A DNA stretch of 64,000 bases, taken from Naegleria gruberi (lineage: Eukaryota). The stretch lies in NCBI GenBank assembly GCA_000004985.1, contig GG738897.1; one strand, 5' to 3'. The notes below the pieces were generated by a model. The model did no database searches and was not told the origin of the DNA. It worked only from the letters and a program-made list of their open reading frames with translations. Shown piece by piece: positions 11,251-22,260 of this stretch (position 1 is its first letter; every line of letters begins with the position of its first letter). The translations under genes and the position numbers were made by a program.

Positions 11251-11370
11251 GGCTACGGCCATATCACGATGAATGCACCTCATCCCGTCCGATTTGAGAA
11301 GTTAAGCATCGTCGAGCCACATCAGTACTGAGGTTGGAGACAACTTGGGAACCTGTGGTGCTGTAGTCTT
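11251..11370 (+). rRNA. 5S ribosomal RNA
   Basis: GGCTACGGCCATATCAC...GAAGTTAAGCATCG...AGTACTGAGGTTGGAGACAAC...GGTGCTGTAGTCT is about 120 nt. 5' and 3' ends form a 9-bp helix I by hand pairing. The RGTTAAGC loop-C box and the GGGA/AGAC elements are present. Confidence 0.9.
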
Positions 11371-11375
11371 TTTAT
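11369..11375 (+). terminator. RNA polymerase III terminator (T-run) for the 5S gene
   Basis: 'tcttttta' lies immediately after the last paired nucleotides of 5S. Confidence 0.6.
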
Positions 11376-11735
11376 TCATATCAATAACAATGAAAACTAA
11401 TAAGTAATTAAGAAGTAAGACTGCCTTTCAAATAATTCCCCGGCCAGAAGAACTCGCGTTTTTTCCAACTCCACCCAATGTACTAATATGGAGAATTTTC
11501 TACGCTTCCAACACCCACAATAGCAGAGAAGAAAATAAGCGAGAGTAGAAGGAATTTCCCAAGTTTCTAGGGACAATTATTCATCAAAACAACAAAAAAA
11601 TCACCTAAGTAATAGGTAAGTGTTGCTGCACGCTTTAGAGAAGATTTATCGGAGTGGTGTTGATATTATTACTTGTTTGCTTGTTTTGGTGTGATGATGT
11701 TTGTTCGGAATGAATGCATACTCTTACTATGCTGA

Positions 11736-13212
11736 ATGATATCAAATCTATGCACACAAATAATAGGAATGGAACGTGTTTTTCCAAAGTTTGCAAATGC
11801 AACCAAGTTGCACAAAACTCTCCTTCTCTCCCTTCCACATAAAGTCACTTCATTAACAAGTTCTTTGGCTGTGTTTTCAAAGCACAATGTTAATTTGATA
11901 AAGATTGAATCACGTCCTAATCGATTTGATAAGAAGGTTATTGATTTTGTTGTCAATGTTGATGAAGGAGTGAGTAAGGATATTGTTGATAGAGCCATCA
12001 AGGAAATGGTTCAAGAAAAGATTTGTGATCATGTACAATATTTGGGATTTGAAAATAAGATTCCTTGGTTCCCAACAAAGATTGCAGATATTGACCATTT
12101 CGCAAGAGAATGTCTTGAAGCTGGTGCTGTTTTGCAAGCTGATCATCCAGGTTTCCATGATCAAGGTAAGGAATTGATTTATTGACATTGTTTCTAATGT
12201 TTATCAAATCAATAGAATACAGAGATCGTAGAAAGATGATCGCAGACATTGCTTTGAATTACAAACATGGAAGTCCAATTCCACGTATTGATTACACTGA
12301 AACTGAAAATAAGACTTGGAGTATTATTTACAAGAAATTGACAGCTCTCTATCCTAAATATGCTTGCGAACAATATAACAACTTGTTCCCATTATTTGAA
12401 CAAAACTGTGGTTTCAAGGAAGATAAAATCCCACAATTACAAGATGTCAGTGACTTTTTGTTGAGCTCAACAGGTTTCAGAATTAGACCTGTCTCTGGTT
12501 TGCTCACTTCAAGAGAGTAAGTTTTCAATTTTGAAATTTTTCATCATTTAACCCAAATAGTTTCCTTAATGCTCTTGCTTTTAGAGTTTTCCACAGTACC
12601 CAATATATTAGACATCACAGTAAGCCATACTATACACCAGAACCTGATGTTGTTCACGAAATGCTTGGTCACATGCCATTATTGGCTGATTCTGATTTTG
12701 CTGAATTCTCTCAACAAATTGGTCTTGCATCTCTCGGAGCTTCCGATGAAGAAATTGACAGACTTGTTAGACTCTACTGGTACTGTCTCGAATTTGGTAT
12801 CCTCAAGGAAAACGGTTCCTTGAAGGCTTATGGTGCTGGTTTGTTAAGCTCGTTTGGTGAACTAGAATATGGTTGTTCAGGCATTGATGCAGAAACTGGA
12901 AAGAAACCAGAATATTTACCATTCGTTCCAGAAGATGCTGCTAATAGAGTTTATCCAATCACTCACTACCAACCAATCTATTATGTTGTTGAAAGCTTGG
13001 AATCATGCAAAGATTTAATTAGAAGATACGTCAACAATTCTCTCGATAGACCATTCCAACTCAAATATAATCCATACACAAGTACTGTAGATGTTTTGGA
13101 TTCTCAAGAAAAATTAATAAGCTTGACAAAAACCATTCAAAACAACATGGATCTGTTAAAGTCTTCCCTTTCAAAGATTGGTCGTTCCTATGAAATTAAC
13201 AATAAAAAATAA
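11736..13212 (+). CDS. PAH: Phenylalanine-4-hydroxylase (aromatic amino-acid hydroxylase). Exons 11736..12165, 12216..12516, 12561..13212
   Basis: The ACT regulatory domain '[15 protein letters not shown]' is followed by '[14 protein letters not shown]...ADHPGFHDQ'. A 50-bp intron (GTAAGG..AATAG) and a 44-bp intron (GTAAGT..AAATAG) restore the PAH sequences '[23 protein letters not shown]' and '[44 protein letters not shown]'. These carry the 2-His Fe-binding motif. '[10 protein letters not shown]' is also present. The start Met is uncertain; an alternative is the ATG at 11769. Confidence 0.9.
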
Positions 13213-15288
13213 AAATTTAGCTATGGAAATTAGTATACTAATTTGAATTAATTAGAGCTTTTGGCAACCAACTATAACTCAGGGTCATACGTGTTAATTT
13301 TGATGTTGTGAATTAGGCAAGCTTAACTTGCCGCCAAAAATCAACGTGTTAAGCTTTGCCGGTTGACTGTGGCCAAAAAAATTTTGGTATTACAACGGTA
13401 TTTAAAAATATTATAAAATATTAAAAAACAAAATGTCCCTACATCCAACATGATGTTGTCTACTTGAACATATTTTTCAATGGATGCTGCTGATGTTGAA
13501 CACATCCTGTCTTCAAGCTATAACATTGTTACATGTACATCTCCCATACAACATCCTAAATGTATTAATGTTGTTGTTGCTCTTGTTATAATAGACTACA
13601 ATATATATTATGAATAATACAACAATAACAGCTATAACAGTACCATAATATATTACATCATCTTTTCAAACAGGCACAACTAATGCTAGGAACATGATGT
13701 GGAGCAAACAACAACAATAGAAGATGTTTCTTGTTGTTCTTGGTTGTGATTTATCCTGTTGTTTGTTGTTCTTCCCGCCAAATATCAGGGAATTACACAT
13801 GTTGAATTCTTGAAACATTCAACGAGGAGGCAATTACATGTCATTTGTATACATATACATGTGCGGATCATATGATGATGGATAACACACATGATAACAT
13901 GCAAATTGTTTACATAACATGTTGTTGATATGTTTTGCACAACTTATTGTGGATGTGTGAAGATTTCAAAATTTGTGGATGTAATCTGACGGTTGGAAAA
14001 TGTGGAATGTTTTCAAGATGGACATTATCTAACGCATTATCATTACCACATTTATTTTTTCTTTGGATGAATAGGAAAATGTTTTTGGAATGTTGTTGAA
14101 TGTGATGAAACTAAACTAATAGTACATTCTATACAACTTTACCATGCATTGAAAACATGCATTTTCTTTTATTCTAATGCACATGCATCAATTCATAGAT
14201 TCAATTTCATTCAACCCAATTAATATCGAATCTACATCATGTACCATTCGATTCTTTCCAAACTTTCGAATAATAGTGTAAATTAAAAGTGCATTCCAAT
14301 ACAACTAGTCAGAATCCAACAAATTAGTTAGTAGCCCATCTATTCGATCTATACTTGCTGTATTAGTATATGCACATTTACAGTAACATTGCAAAACATG
14401 TACATTTGGAGTAATAAGTGGATATAAAGAATTTGTGAATTTCATGGCAAAATAAATTGGAGAAATTCAAAACATAATCACCACAACCAGAAACTGGAAA
14501 ATTCAATTGTATACAGTAACACATTATTATGATTGTTTGCTCAGTCGATATTATTCGAAATCTTTCCAATAATTAAAGAACTTAATGGTTATCCACATAC
14601 ACAACAACAACATGTATTATCGAAACATTCCCAAACACTGACACATTCCAAACAAACACCCATGACCAATAATACTTGTCCACTCAATTCTGAATATTGA
14701 GAATTTCACAACATGAAATTGTCTCTTTTAATCATGTACCAACACTTCATGGTTTTTAAAATTAAAGAAATTGCGAAAAATGTTGAAAAAATCCGCATCA
14801 ACTAAAAAGCCCCTACTTTACCAATTCACTACAATTCATCATGAATCATTACCTTGTTTAGAGTTGACCAAACCTCGTAAAGGAATGAGAACGGAAGAAA
14901 GGTCCACAACGACCAAGAAATTAGTCAAACAGGCAAGACCTCGATCAATACGTGTAGATCCCTCGTTTCGAATAAACAATCTAATAGTTTGTGTTGATTC
15001 ACAGAGTTGACTAAAGTGGCAATTGACTAGAGCAGTGGGTAAAGCTAGTGGTGGTCGCAACAGTTAATAGTTTCATCAGCATTATGTTTATTCCGCCACA
15101 AGAAGAAGTATTTTTCAAAAAAGTGTCTTTACAATAACTATTAAATATATTGCAATTGCTTGGTATTATATTATTTAATATTTCTAAACAAAAAAAACAA
15201 CACTAATCACTGCACATTAGGTAAAGGCAGTAAACAATCGCAATTTTACCATCTAAGTTTCGAATAATTGTCATCATTGGACAATAAG
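13213..15288. promoter_or_regulatory. 2.1-kb ORF-free, AT-rich intergenic block upstream of the AT-hook gene, rich in CATG-core palindromes with a 220-bp G+C-richer island (about 14840..15060)
   Basis: No ORF of at least 60 aa in the correct context. Palindromes include CAACATGATGTTG, TACATGTACAT, GCACATGCATC, ACATGTCA. There are three TGTGGA(A)TGT copies at about 13955..14030. The island carries AGAGTTGAC(C/T)AAA direct repeats. Confidence 0.3.
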
Positions 15289-17070
15289 ATGATACCCTTC
15301 TCTTCACGACCAACAACACAAACAACAACTCACATAACAACAACAACAACAACATTATCCGATCATCAGCAACATCAGCAACAGCAGCAGAATTATCCAC
15401 TGTTCTACATGTCGCAAAATATCACACCTTCTGATAATTTTCTTTCGTATAATTCCAATAATATTTCAAATATTAATATTGCTAATACTAATCAAACTAT
15501 TGCTAATACTGTTACAGCAACAGCAACAGCAACAGCAACAGTGGACAGTAACTCAAATTCTTCACCAATTCCATGCTATTACATCTTACGAGAGGAATGT
15601 GTTGGAGATTTAGAGGAAGAATTACGAAGAAGAGCAAGAGCTGTGAAAGATGTTGGACTTTCGAATAGTAATCAGTTAAGGAGAAACCTACCGCAGCAAA
15701 ATTCTATAATCAAACCTGTTATTGTTGAGAGACATGGCATCTTACCACTTTCAAATCAGGATTCTAATACTACTTTAGGTAAACTTAAAAATTATACTAA
15801 TTCCAATATAGGAATAATGATTACGACTCAAACAACATCTGAACCACTGAGTAAATCTCCTCATTATCCAATTACTCAACATGACCAGTCCGCCGTGCAA
15901 AAAGTAAATCTCCAATTGAGTAACAATCAGATTTTCCAACAACCAAACCAACAACCTTTCCAAACGCATGTTTCGAATAATACAACAATTACTAATACAA
16001 CTAGTACAACAATAGGCCCATCTCTAACTAATTTCTCACATGTTATTAATAATAATACTAATAGTACTAATACGAATCAACATGTTCTTGGAGGCATGAA
16101 TGTTTCGAATAATTCTAACGGTCAAATGCAACAAACTTCGAATGCACTTTTAGTACATACTACTAGCAGTCCTCAACAAGATGCTATTCTAAATCAAATA
16201 TTTGATGAGGAACAAGATGTGATTAAAAATAGTGAACTTGATGAGCTATTGGCAGTTGGCATGGATGACAATTCATTTCTGCAAAGTCCAACAATTAATA
16301 CCAATAATATTGGAAACATGTTTTATAGTGGAAGTAATGTAGGTGGTGCTGCCTCATCTTCTCCCTTATCACCACCAACTGTTCAAACTAATCTATTCGA
16401 AAGTAAGGTAAAGAAGGAAAAGAAGAGAGGCAAATCAGCAATGATACATGTTGAGATACCACCTCCTCTACTAGCACCCAATCAACCCACTCTTAACTCG
16501 CCCCAAAACAACTCAATTGGTGGAACACCATCCTACTCGACAACCAATAAGAAAGTCGCAAAAACATCAAAAAAGAAGAGAAAGCAATCAGCTGCTAGCT
16601 CCTCATCAATGCCATCAAGTAGCACGAGTACAAACACCAACGATCAACACTTCTTTTTTGGAAGTGGTAGTTCAACAGGTGGTAATTTACATGTTCTTCC
16701 AATGTTTCCTCCAAGCATCATGAATGGTGAAGAGGGAGGAGGACCAGATGAAGAAAGTAATGCACCACCAAGGAGAAAAAGAGGAAGACCACCAACTGTG
16801 TAAGTATTGACATTCAGTTTCTTTTCTAAATATTTTAATTTTTACAAACATGTAATATGAACAATATGCAAACATGTGATATTATTGTTTATAAACAGAC
16901 ATACGTGGAGTTTTGGTATTGGAGAGAACACCTATAATACCTTCACACGTTTCAGTAATCCATTAGAACAGGCAAATACTGTCAATTCGTATAATTCTTC
17001 TTCTTCCTCGAATTCTGATTCTGAATCTTCCAAGAAGAAAAAGAAGGAAAGTAAGAAGAAATCAAAATAA
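15289..17070 (+). CDS. Low-complexity (N/Q/T/S-rich) nuclear protein with a C-terminal AT-hook; a possible 3' exon 16899..17070 is joined by a 99-bp intron
   Basis: The true ATG is at 15289; the ORF-track start at 15268 is TTG. 'PPRRKRGRPPTV' is an AT-hook (RGRP core). The ORF stop overlaps a GTAAGT donor at 16800. An AAACAG acceptor at 16898 continues in frame into the Ser/Lys-rich ORF 16876..17070. Confidence 0.5.
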
Positions 17071-17081
17071 ATAATTATTTA

Positions 17082-18097
17082 TTATTCAATTTGAACTGAA
17101 TCACCCTTCTTTAAGAGAATGTACTCAATAATTGGAGCTGGCATCCAAGGTCTGAAATATTGAATCAAGAAACGTTCAGTATAAGGTACAATAAATAAAA
17201 AGTCTCCATTCTTTCCTTCTACATTGGTAACCATTCTGGAAACACATTCGTCAACTTCCATGAATTGTGATAAATCTCTTTTAACATTGGAGGCTGACTT
17301 GTTTTCAGTTCCAAGAGCATTGAAGTGAATTTGAGTTTTAACAAAGCCAGGACAAACAATTGAAATAGTGACCTTCTTTCCATAAATTCCCTCCTTCAAT
17401 AATTCCAATTTCAAAGCTTCATAAAATCCATGAAGAGCAAATTTGCTACTAGAATAGGCAGTTCTATAACTTGATGAAATAGTTAGAATGATTAGAATCA
17501 TCATAAAACATACCAAACACCTGATAATCCAGCAAGACTTGAAACAACACAAATAGAGCAATGAGATTCTTGCTTTTCTCTCAAATGTTTCATCAAGTAG
17601 AATGTTGGTGTGACACATCCAAAGAAATTAGTCTCCATCAAGCTTCTATGACCATCTAAATTTGTAGCTTGAGCAAACATTTGCACTGCTGATCTTCCAG
17701 CATTCAAATAAATTACATCAATTCTCTCATTTAAATATTTAGCACTCAACTCGATCAAATTTTTACATTCCTCATCAACGGAAACATCTGTCTTGACACA
17801 GAAAATCTCGTGACCCTTTCCACTATATTCCTTCAACATGATTTCCTTCAATTCTTGCAATTTCTCAACATTTCTAGCAGTTATGACAATTTTATTTCTC
17901 TTTCCGATGGTACAATAGTGTCGCAATAATTGTTCTCCAATGCCAGAGCTTGCTCCGGTGATGATAATATGTCTATTGGAGAGGCACTCTTCAGAATTGA
18001 CTCTCTTTCTCTCCTTCTCAAATTCTAAATATCTAAACACATTCAAGCCAATTACTCCAATTAAAAGCAACAAGACTCCCGCCAAATATTCGATCAT
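17082..18097 (-). CDS. Short-chain dehydrogenase/reductase (11-beta-HSD/DHRS7-like). Exons complement 17514..18097, 17082..17469
   Basis: N-terminal TM segment. Rossmann motif 'ITGASSGIGEQL', 'NAG', and catalytic 'SSLAG...YRTAYSSSK'. A 44-bp intron (GTATGT..CAAG) restores the Ser-to-Tyr spacing of 13 residues. Confidence 0.8.
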
Positions 18098-18673
18098 TTT
18101 TTTTAATAAATTGAAAAAAATGAAAAACCAATCGAACCATAATTTTCATCCGAGTGAGGATGGAGAATTTACCTAGCACATTAAATCTTGTCCGATTTGA
18201 TTGTTAAATTGAATGATGATACAATCATGACGGTCTTCTGAGGAAATAGTGAAGAGGAAACATGTTTAAACCCAATTTATTGGCTGACCAAATAGTGTAT
18301 TATACTAAATATGATTTTATGTATTTTATATTGATTTGGTTGAAAGATAATATTAAAGGATTATTTGAGAAAATTAAATTTGATTTTATAATTAAGTGAA
18401 TTTAATAATAATCAGATATCCAACTTTAATTAAATGTTAATCCGTTTCCATAAATCAATTTTTGATTTCAATTTCTAATATTCACCATTTTCCAATTAAC
18501 TAATTAATTTGACCTTCCATTGAAAATTATCAGGAAATTGTAATGAATTGTGAAAAGAGATCCCTCAACATTTCGATTTGTCAAGGTTCTTCCTATCCTT
18601 GACTAAGAAATATCAAAATTTCCAATTATCCAATACCTTAATGAACCAGCATATGAAAGTTAAATAAGGAGTT

Positions 18674-19096
18674 TCAGTCATACTTGTCAAGAAGAGCCTG
18701 TCTTTTCTTTCTTTCCTCATCAGAAATATCATTCAATTCCTCATGTGAATAATATTCTTGTTGAGGGATGTTTCCCTTCTTTTTGGTATTCAATGGTTTC
18801 ATCATCATTGGAATTACTAATTGAAAAGGTAAATGAGCAGAGTTTGTTATTTCTCCCTCTGTTAGAATTGACTTGATATACATATCCCGATCATGTTCAA
18901 TGGAAGTTGATTTAGGTACTTTAGGAATACCATTCGGAAAGAACAATGAATCAGGTGTATCATCAAACAGTGTACTAGAATTGTTAAATGACAAATCATT
19001 GATTGGTTCAAGATTATCATCATTAGAAAGAAGATTCGTTCCATTTGTTAGTGCAAGAGCAGCCTTCATAACATTCGACAGTAGAAATGATGACAT
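18674..19096 (-). CDS. Hypothetical small acidic protein
   Basis: 140-aa ORF with ATG at 19096. No recognisable domain. Confidence 0.3.
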   Translation of the reverse strand: MSSFLLSNVMKAALALTNGTNLLSNDDNLEPINDLSFNNSSTLFDDTPDSLFFPNGIPKVPKSTSIEHDRDMYIKSILTEGEITNSAHLPFQLVIPMMMKPLNTKKKGNIPQQEYYSHEELNDISDEERKKRQALLDKYD

Positions 19097-19171
19097 TTTT
19101 AATTTGTTGGTTTTTAATTATTAATTATTGATATTTTCGATTTAAATTATTAATATTTACAAAATGTACAA

Positions 19172-20367
19172 TTAGTGCCTCATTCGTGCAAATAAAGCTG
19201 GTAAATGTGGCAATATTTCATGATAACTAATGTTACCGTCACCATCAACATCACAATCATGCAGCATTTCATCAACTAAATCTGAAATGTCTTCCTCCGA
19301 AATATCTTCATCACCATTCTTTGAGAGAGCTTCCTGCACGTCTTGCATGAAGCTTAATAGTTCATCTCTTTCAATTACACCAGATCCATCTCCATCATAA
19401 TATTCAAATATATAACGAAGTAACCTGGATTGAAGCTTCTTTTGCAGTTTGCTAACCTCTTTGGAATCAAATATTGGTGATGGAGTTTCAAAATCTTCAT
19501 CTGCTAATATCTTCATGAACAGATTGATATCTCGAAGTAAATTACCAGTAGGCCGATAATCAAAGAACCTAAAGAACAAGTCAAATTCCTTTTTCAATTC
19601 TCTTGATGTGAGATTTTCAAGAAATTGTATTTGTTCTGTCGATAAGCTTGGATTAAACACTATATAAGACTCGTCTAACTGGCCACATGAATCAATCATT
19701 TCACCTCTCATTATATTAGAACTCCAAAATAATTCAAAACTCAGTCTGTCAAACTTTTGAGCCTTAATTACATTTTGCAAGCTCTCCACCAGTGTTGTTA
19801 TACTCTCTATAGGAAAAATAGCAACAAGTATTAGTTTTAGTAACAACAATAACAAAACTTACTTTCTGTTACTTTGGTTTGACCACACATGTATAATAAA
19901 TCTCTACAAAACTTTCTCAACTCTGATGAATCTAAAAATCCACTCTTATCCCTATCATATGAATCAAATACTATCTTTGAAAGCTTCATTGATACTTCTT
20001 CCTTTGATTCATTCTGATCAAAATATGTAATGATTGAATTTACATTCTCGAATAAGTTCGTATGAACTGGCAGATCAAAAAACTTTAATATATTCTCAAA
20101 TTGCTTATTCATTTCCGCCATCTTAGTGTTCCTCCTCCTCCTTTTAATATTAAGATAACCTTTCAGTGATTCCTTTGATGTATTGAGAAGGTTTTTCTTG
20201 GCCTTATTTATATTTACATAAGGCGTTGTACTCGATTTTATAGGAGAGACCGTTGTTGAATTGTCGCTAACTTTTGTTGATGATGAGAAGAATGTCCTCA
20301 CTGATGATGAATTCGAAGAGGAGGACACGGAATTTCCACAAGATATAGATGAGCAAATTCCCCCCAT
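19172..20367 (-). CDS. N-myristoylated EF-hand calcium-binding protein (calcineurin-B/NCS-like). Exons complement 19863..20367, 19172..19806
   Basis: 'MGGICSS' is a myristoylation/palmitoylation start. EF-hand loops: 'DRDKSGFLDSSE', 'DGDGSGVIERDE', 'DVDGDGNISYHE'. A 56-bp intron (GTAAGT..CTATAG) joins the two ORFs in frame. Confidence 0.7.
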
Positions 20368-21039
20368 TTTTTATGTTGTGTGTTGGGGCTGGCAACGAAT
20401 AATTGCTTCTTTTTCCCTCAATAAATTTTTAATGGAAATAGAGCACATTTAGGGCTATTTTGTTGGCTCCTTCATTAAGGTGGACCTTATGAAATGTCCA
20501 CAAACAAGCCATACCAGTCCATGGAGGCAATCACTAATTAAGGTAAAATCACCCTTATTAATCGAGATGTATTGTGATATTAATTCCAGTCCATTAAGAT
20601 TTATTATCTTAACGTAGAGGACTTGATAGTCAGTCGATGTGAAAATAAGACAAATGTTTGTTTGTGAATATATTCTTTGGGGATTATGTCTCCTCCATTA
20701 TACAGTTGTTTACTGATTGAAAATGTGTTACCTCTTCCTCAATAGTAGAAACAAAAGCTTCAGACTTTTTCTCACATCGGTTTTGGAATGGAGATAAGGT
20801 TCGAATTGAATATATTTTGGTGCTAAAGTCCATTTTAATTTTCCATATTAATATTACTTTCAATACCAATGTATTATCCACAAGAAAGCTTTGTTTCAAT
20901 CAGTTAATATTATTGACGTTAACCAGCTATCTAATTTTAAAAATTCATCATCATATAAATAGCAAATTGTAAAATATTAGCCAATTTGAAATACAAAAAC
21001 AAATTATTATTAAATAATTTATAAAAATAGATTTAAAAA

Positions 21040-22080
21040 ATGACGACGAATAACCAATCGATGGCAATGTATTCCTCTGCTACTCAGCAACAGGATACAA
21101 ATGGCCAACAACAACAAGATGGTAAAAACGGTGCAAATTATAATACAAACCGATTAAACGCTAGACAACAGATGAATATTGGAGTTTTAAAGAGAAAAGA
21201 TAAATTTATTACGACAATACACTCGACCTTTGATCATGTAGTATTTTACAAGTTTCAAGATGATTCATGGGATAAATTGGAAGTAGAAGGAGCCATGTTT
21301 ATTGTAGAGAGAAACGAACCAAAATTTCCCAAGTATCGTATTGTAGTGATGAATAGAAAGAGTAGTGATGATTTTCGTCAAGATATTACAAAGGATTTAG
21401 AATTGGAAGTCCATCACCCATATGTATTCTATAGAACCAAAGGTCGTATTATCAAGGGAATTTGGTTCTACAAATCTTTGCAATGTATTGAATTTAATGA
21501 CCTCATCGTTTCGTTGAAAGAAAAGGCCTATGGAAAGACGGAACCAGAAAGCAAACAATCAAATACTTTTGTACAACCACCAACTACTTTGCAACCATCT
21601 CCTCTAATTAATTACCATCCAAACCATGCTGATTCAATTTATCATCCATCATCACAATCCCATCAAATTAATCATCATCAAAACGATTCACAACCATCAT
21701 CAGATGCTTCATCTTTACTTAAGAATATGCTAGGAATTGGAGGTGTAACAGGATTACCACCAGTTGAAAATGGTTCCTTTAATCCATCATCTGCAATGGA
21801 CGGAAATAATTATCTAGATGAAGAATCACTTATCAGAGAACACTTTTTCAACTCTAGTGCCAATCAACAAGTTTCTACTGTGGTTGAACCAGAATATTCA
21901 TCTGTGTTATCTCAAGAGTGTGTTCAACAATTCGGAAAGAGGAAGTTTGTCACTAAGGAAATGTTCATCAATCAGCTCATGTTCACACTAGAATCTAACA
22001 AGGACTTTTCCGATGCTTGCTACAATCAATATTGCCAATTTCTAGCTGATGAAAATAAACAATCAGGAAATAGGTGCTAG
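21040..22080 (+). CDS. DCP1: mRNA-decapping enzyme subunit DCP1 (EVH1 domain)
   Basis: 'WDKLEVEGAMFIVERNEPKFPKYRIVVMNRKSSDDFRQDITKDLELEVHHPYVFYRTKGRIIKGIWFY' aligns with the DCP1 EVH1 core (EGTLFV..R..P..F.IVNR....DLE..L..PFLLYR...IYGIWFY). Confidence 0.75.
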   Translation: MTTNNQSMAMYSSATQQQDTNGQQQQDGKNGANYNTNRLNARQQMNIGVLKRKDKFITTIHSTFDHVVFYKFQDDSWDKLEVEGAMFIVERNEPKFPKYRIVVMNRKSSDDFRQDITKDLELEVHHPYVFYRTKGRIIKGIWFYKSLQCIEFNDLIVSLKEKAYGKTEPESKQSNTFVQPPTTLQPSPLINYHPNHADSIYHPSSQSHQINHHQNDSQPSSDASSLLKNMLGIGGVTGLPPVENGSFNPSSAMDGNNYLDEESLIREHFFNSSANQQVSTVVEPEYSSVLSQECVQQFGKRKFVTKEMFINQLMFTLESNKDFSDACYNQYCQFLADENKQSGNRC

Positions 22081-22260
22081 ATATATAGGTAAAATAATTT
22101 ACAATTTCTTCTTCTCCAATAATGATGATTATTATCTTATCCTATTCATCATTATTAATTCAACAACTTCTAACACCAAGATAACCAACAGTTCTCTGCA
22201 AATCTCAAAGTCCTCCTCCATCGAAGTGCGATCCTGATGAAAAAAGGCTTGTGAAAAAAA

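Noticed and set aside
14771-15060. ORFs 14771..15010 (+) and 14839..15060 (-) in the G+C-richer island
   Set aside because: They are mutually overlapping and short, their codon usage is unlike neighbouring genes, and there is no homology. I treated the island as a possible non-coding element instead.
15268-15288. ORF-track start codons at 15268, 38041, 40000, 43736, 45686, 48754, 63212 and 30237
   Set aside because: Each is TTG or GTG in the sequence, not ATG. The nearest in-frame ATG (or an upstream exon found by splicing) was used instead.
14930-16140. tRNA-like 'GTTTCGAAT' T-loop-like strings at about 14957, 15257, 15970 and 16112
   Set aside because: No complementary acceptor or T-stem partners occur at the right spacing. 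These strings arise from TTT-CGA-ATA codon or AT-rich context.
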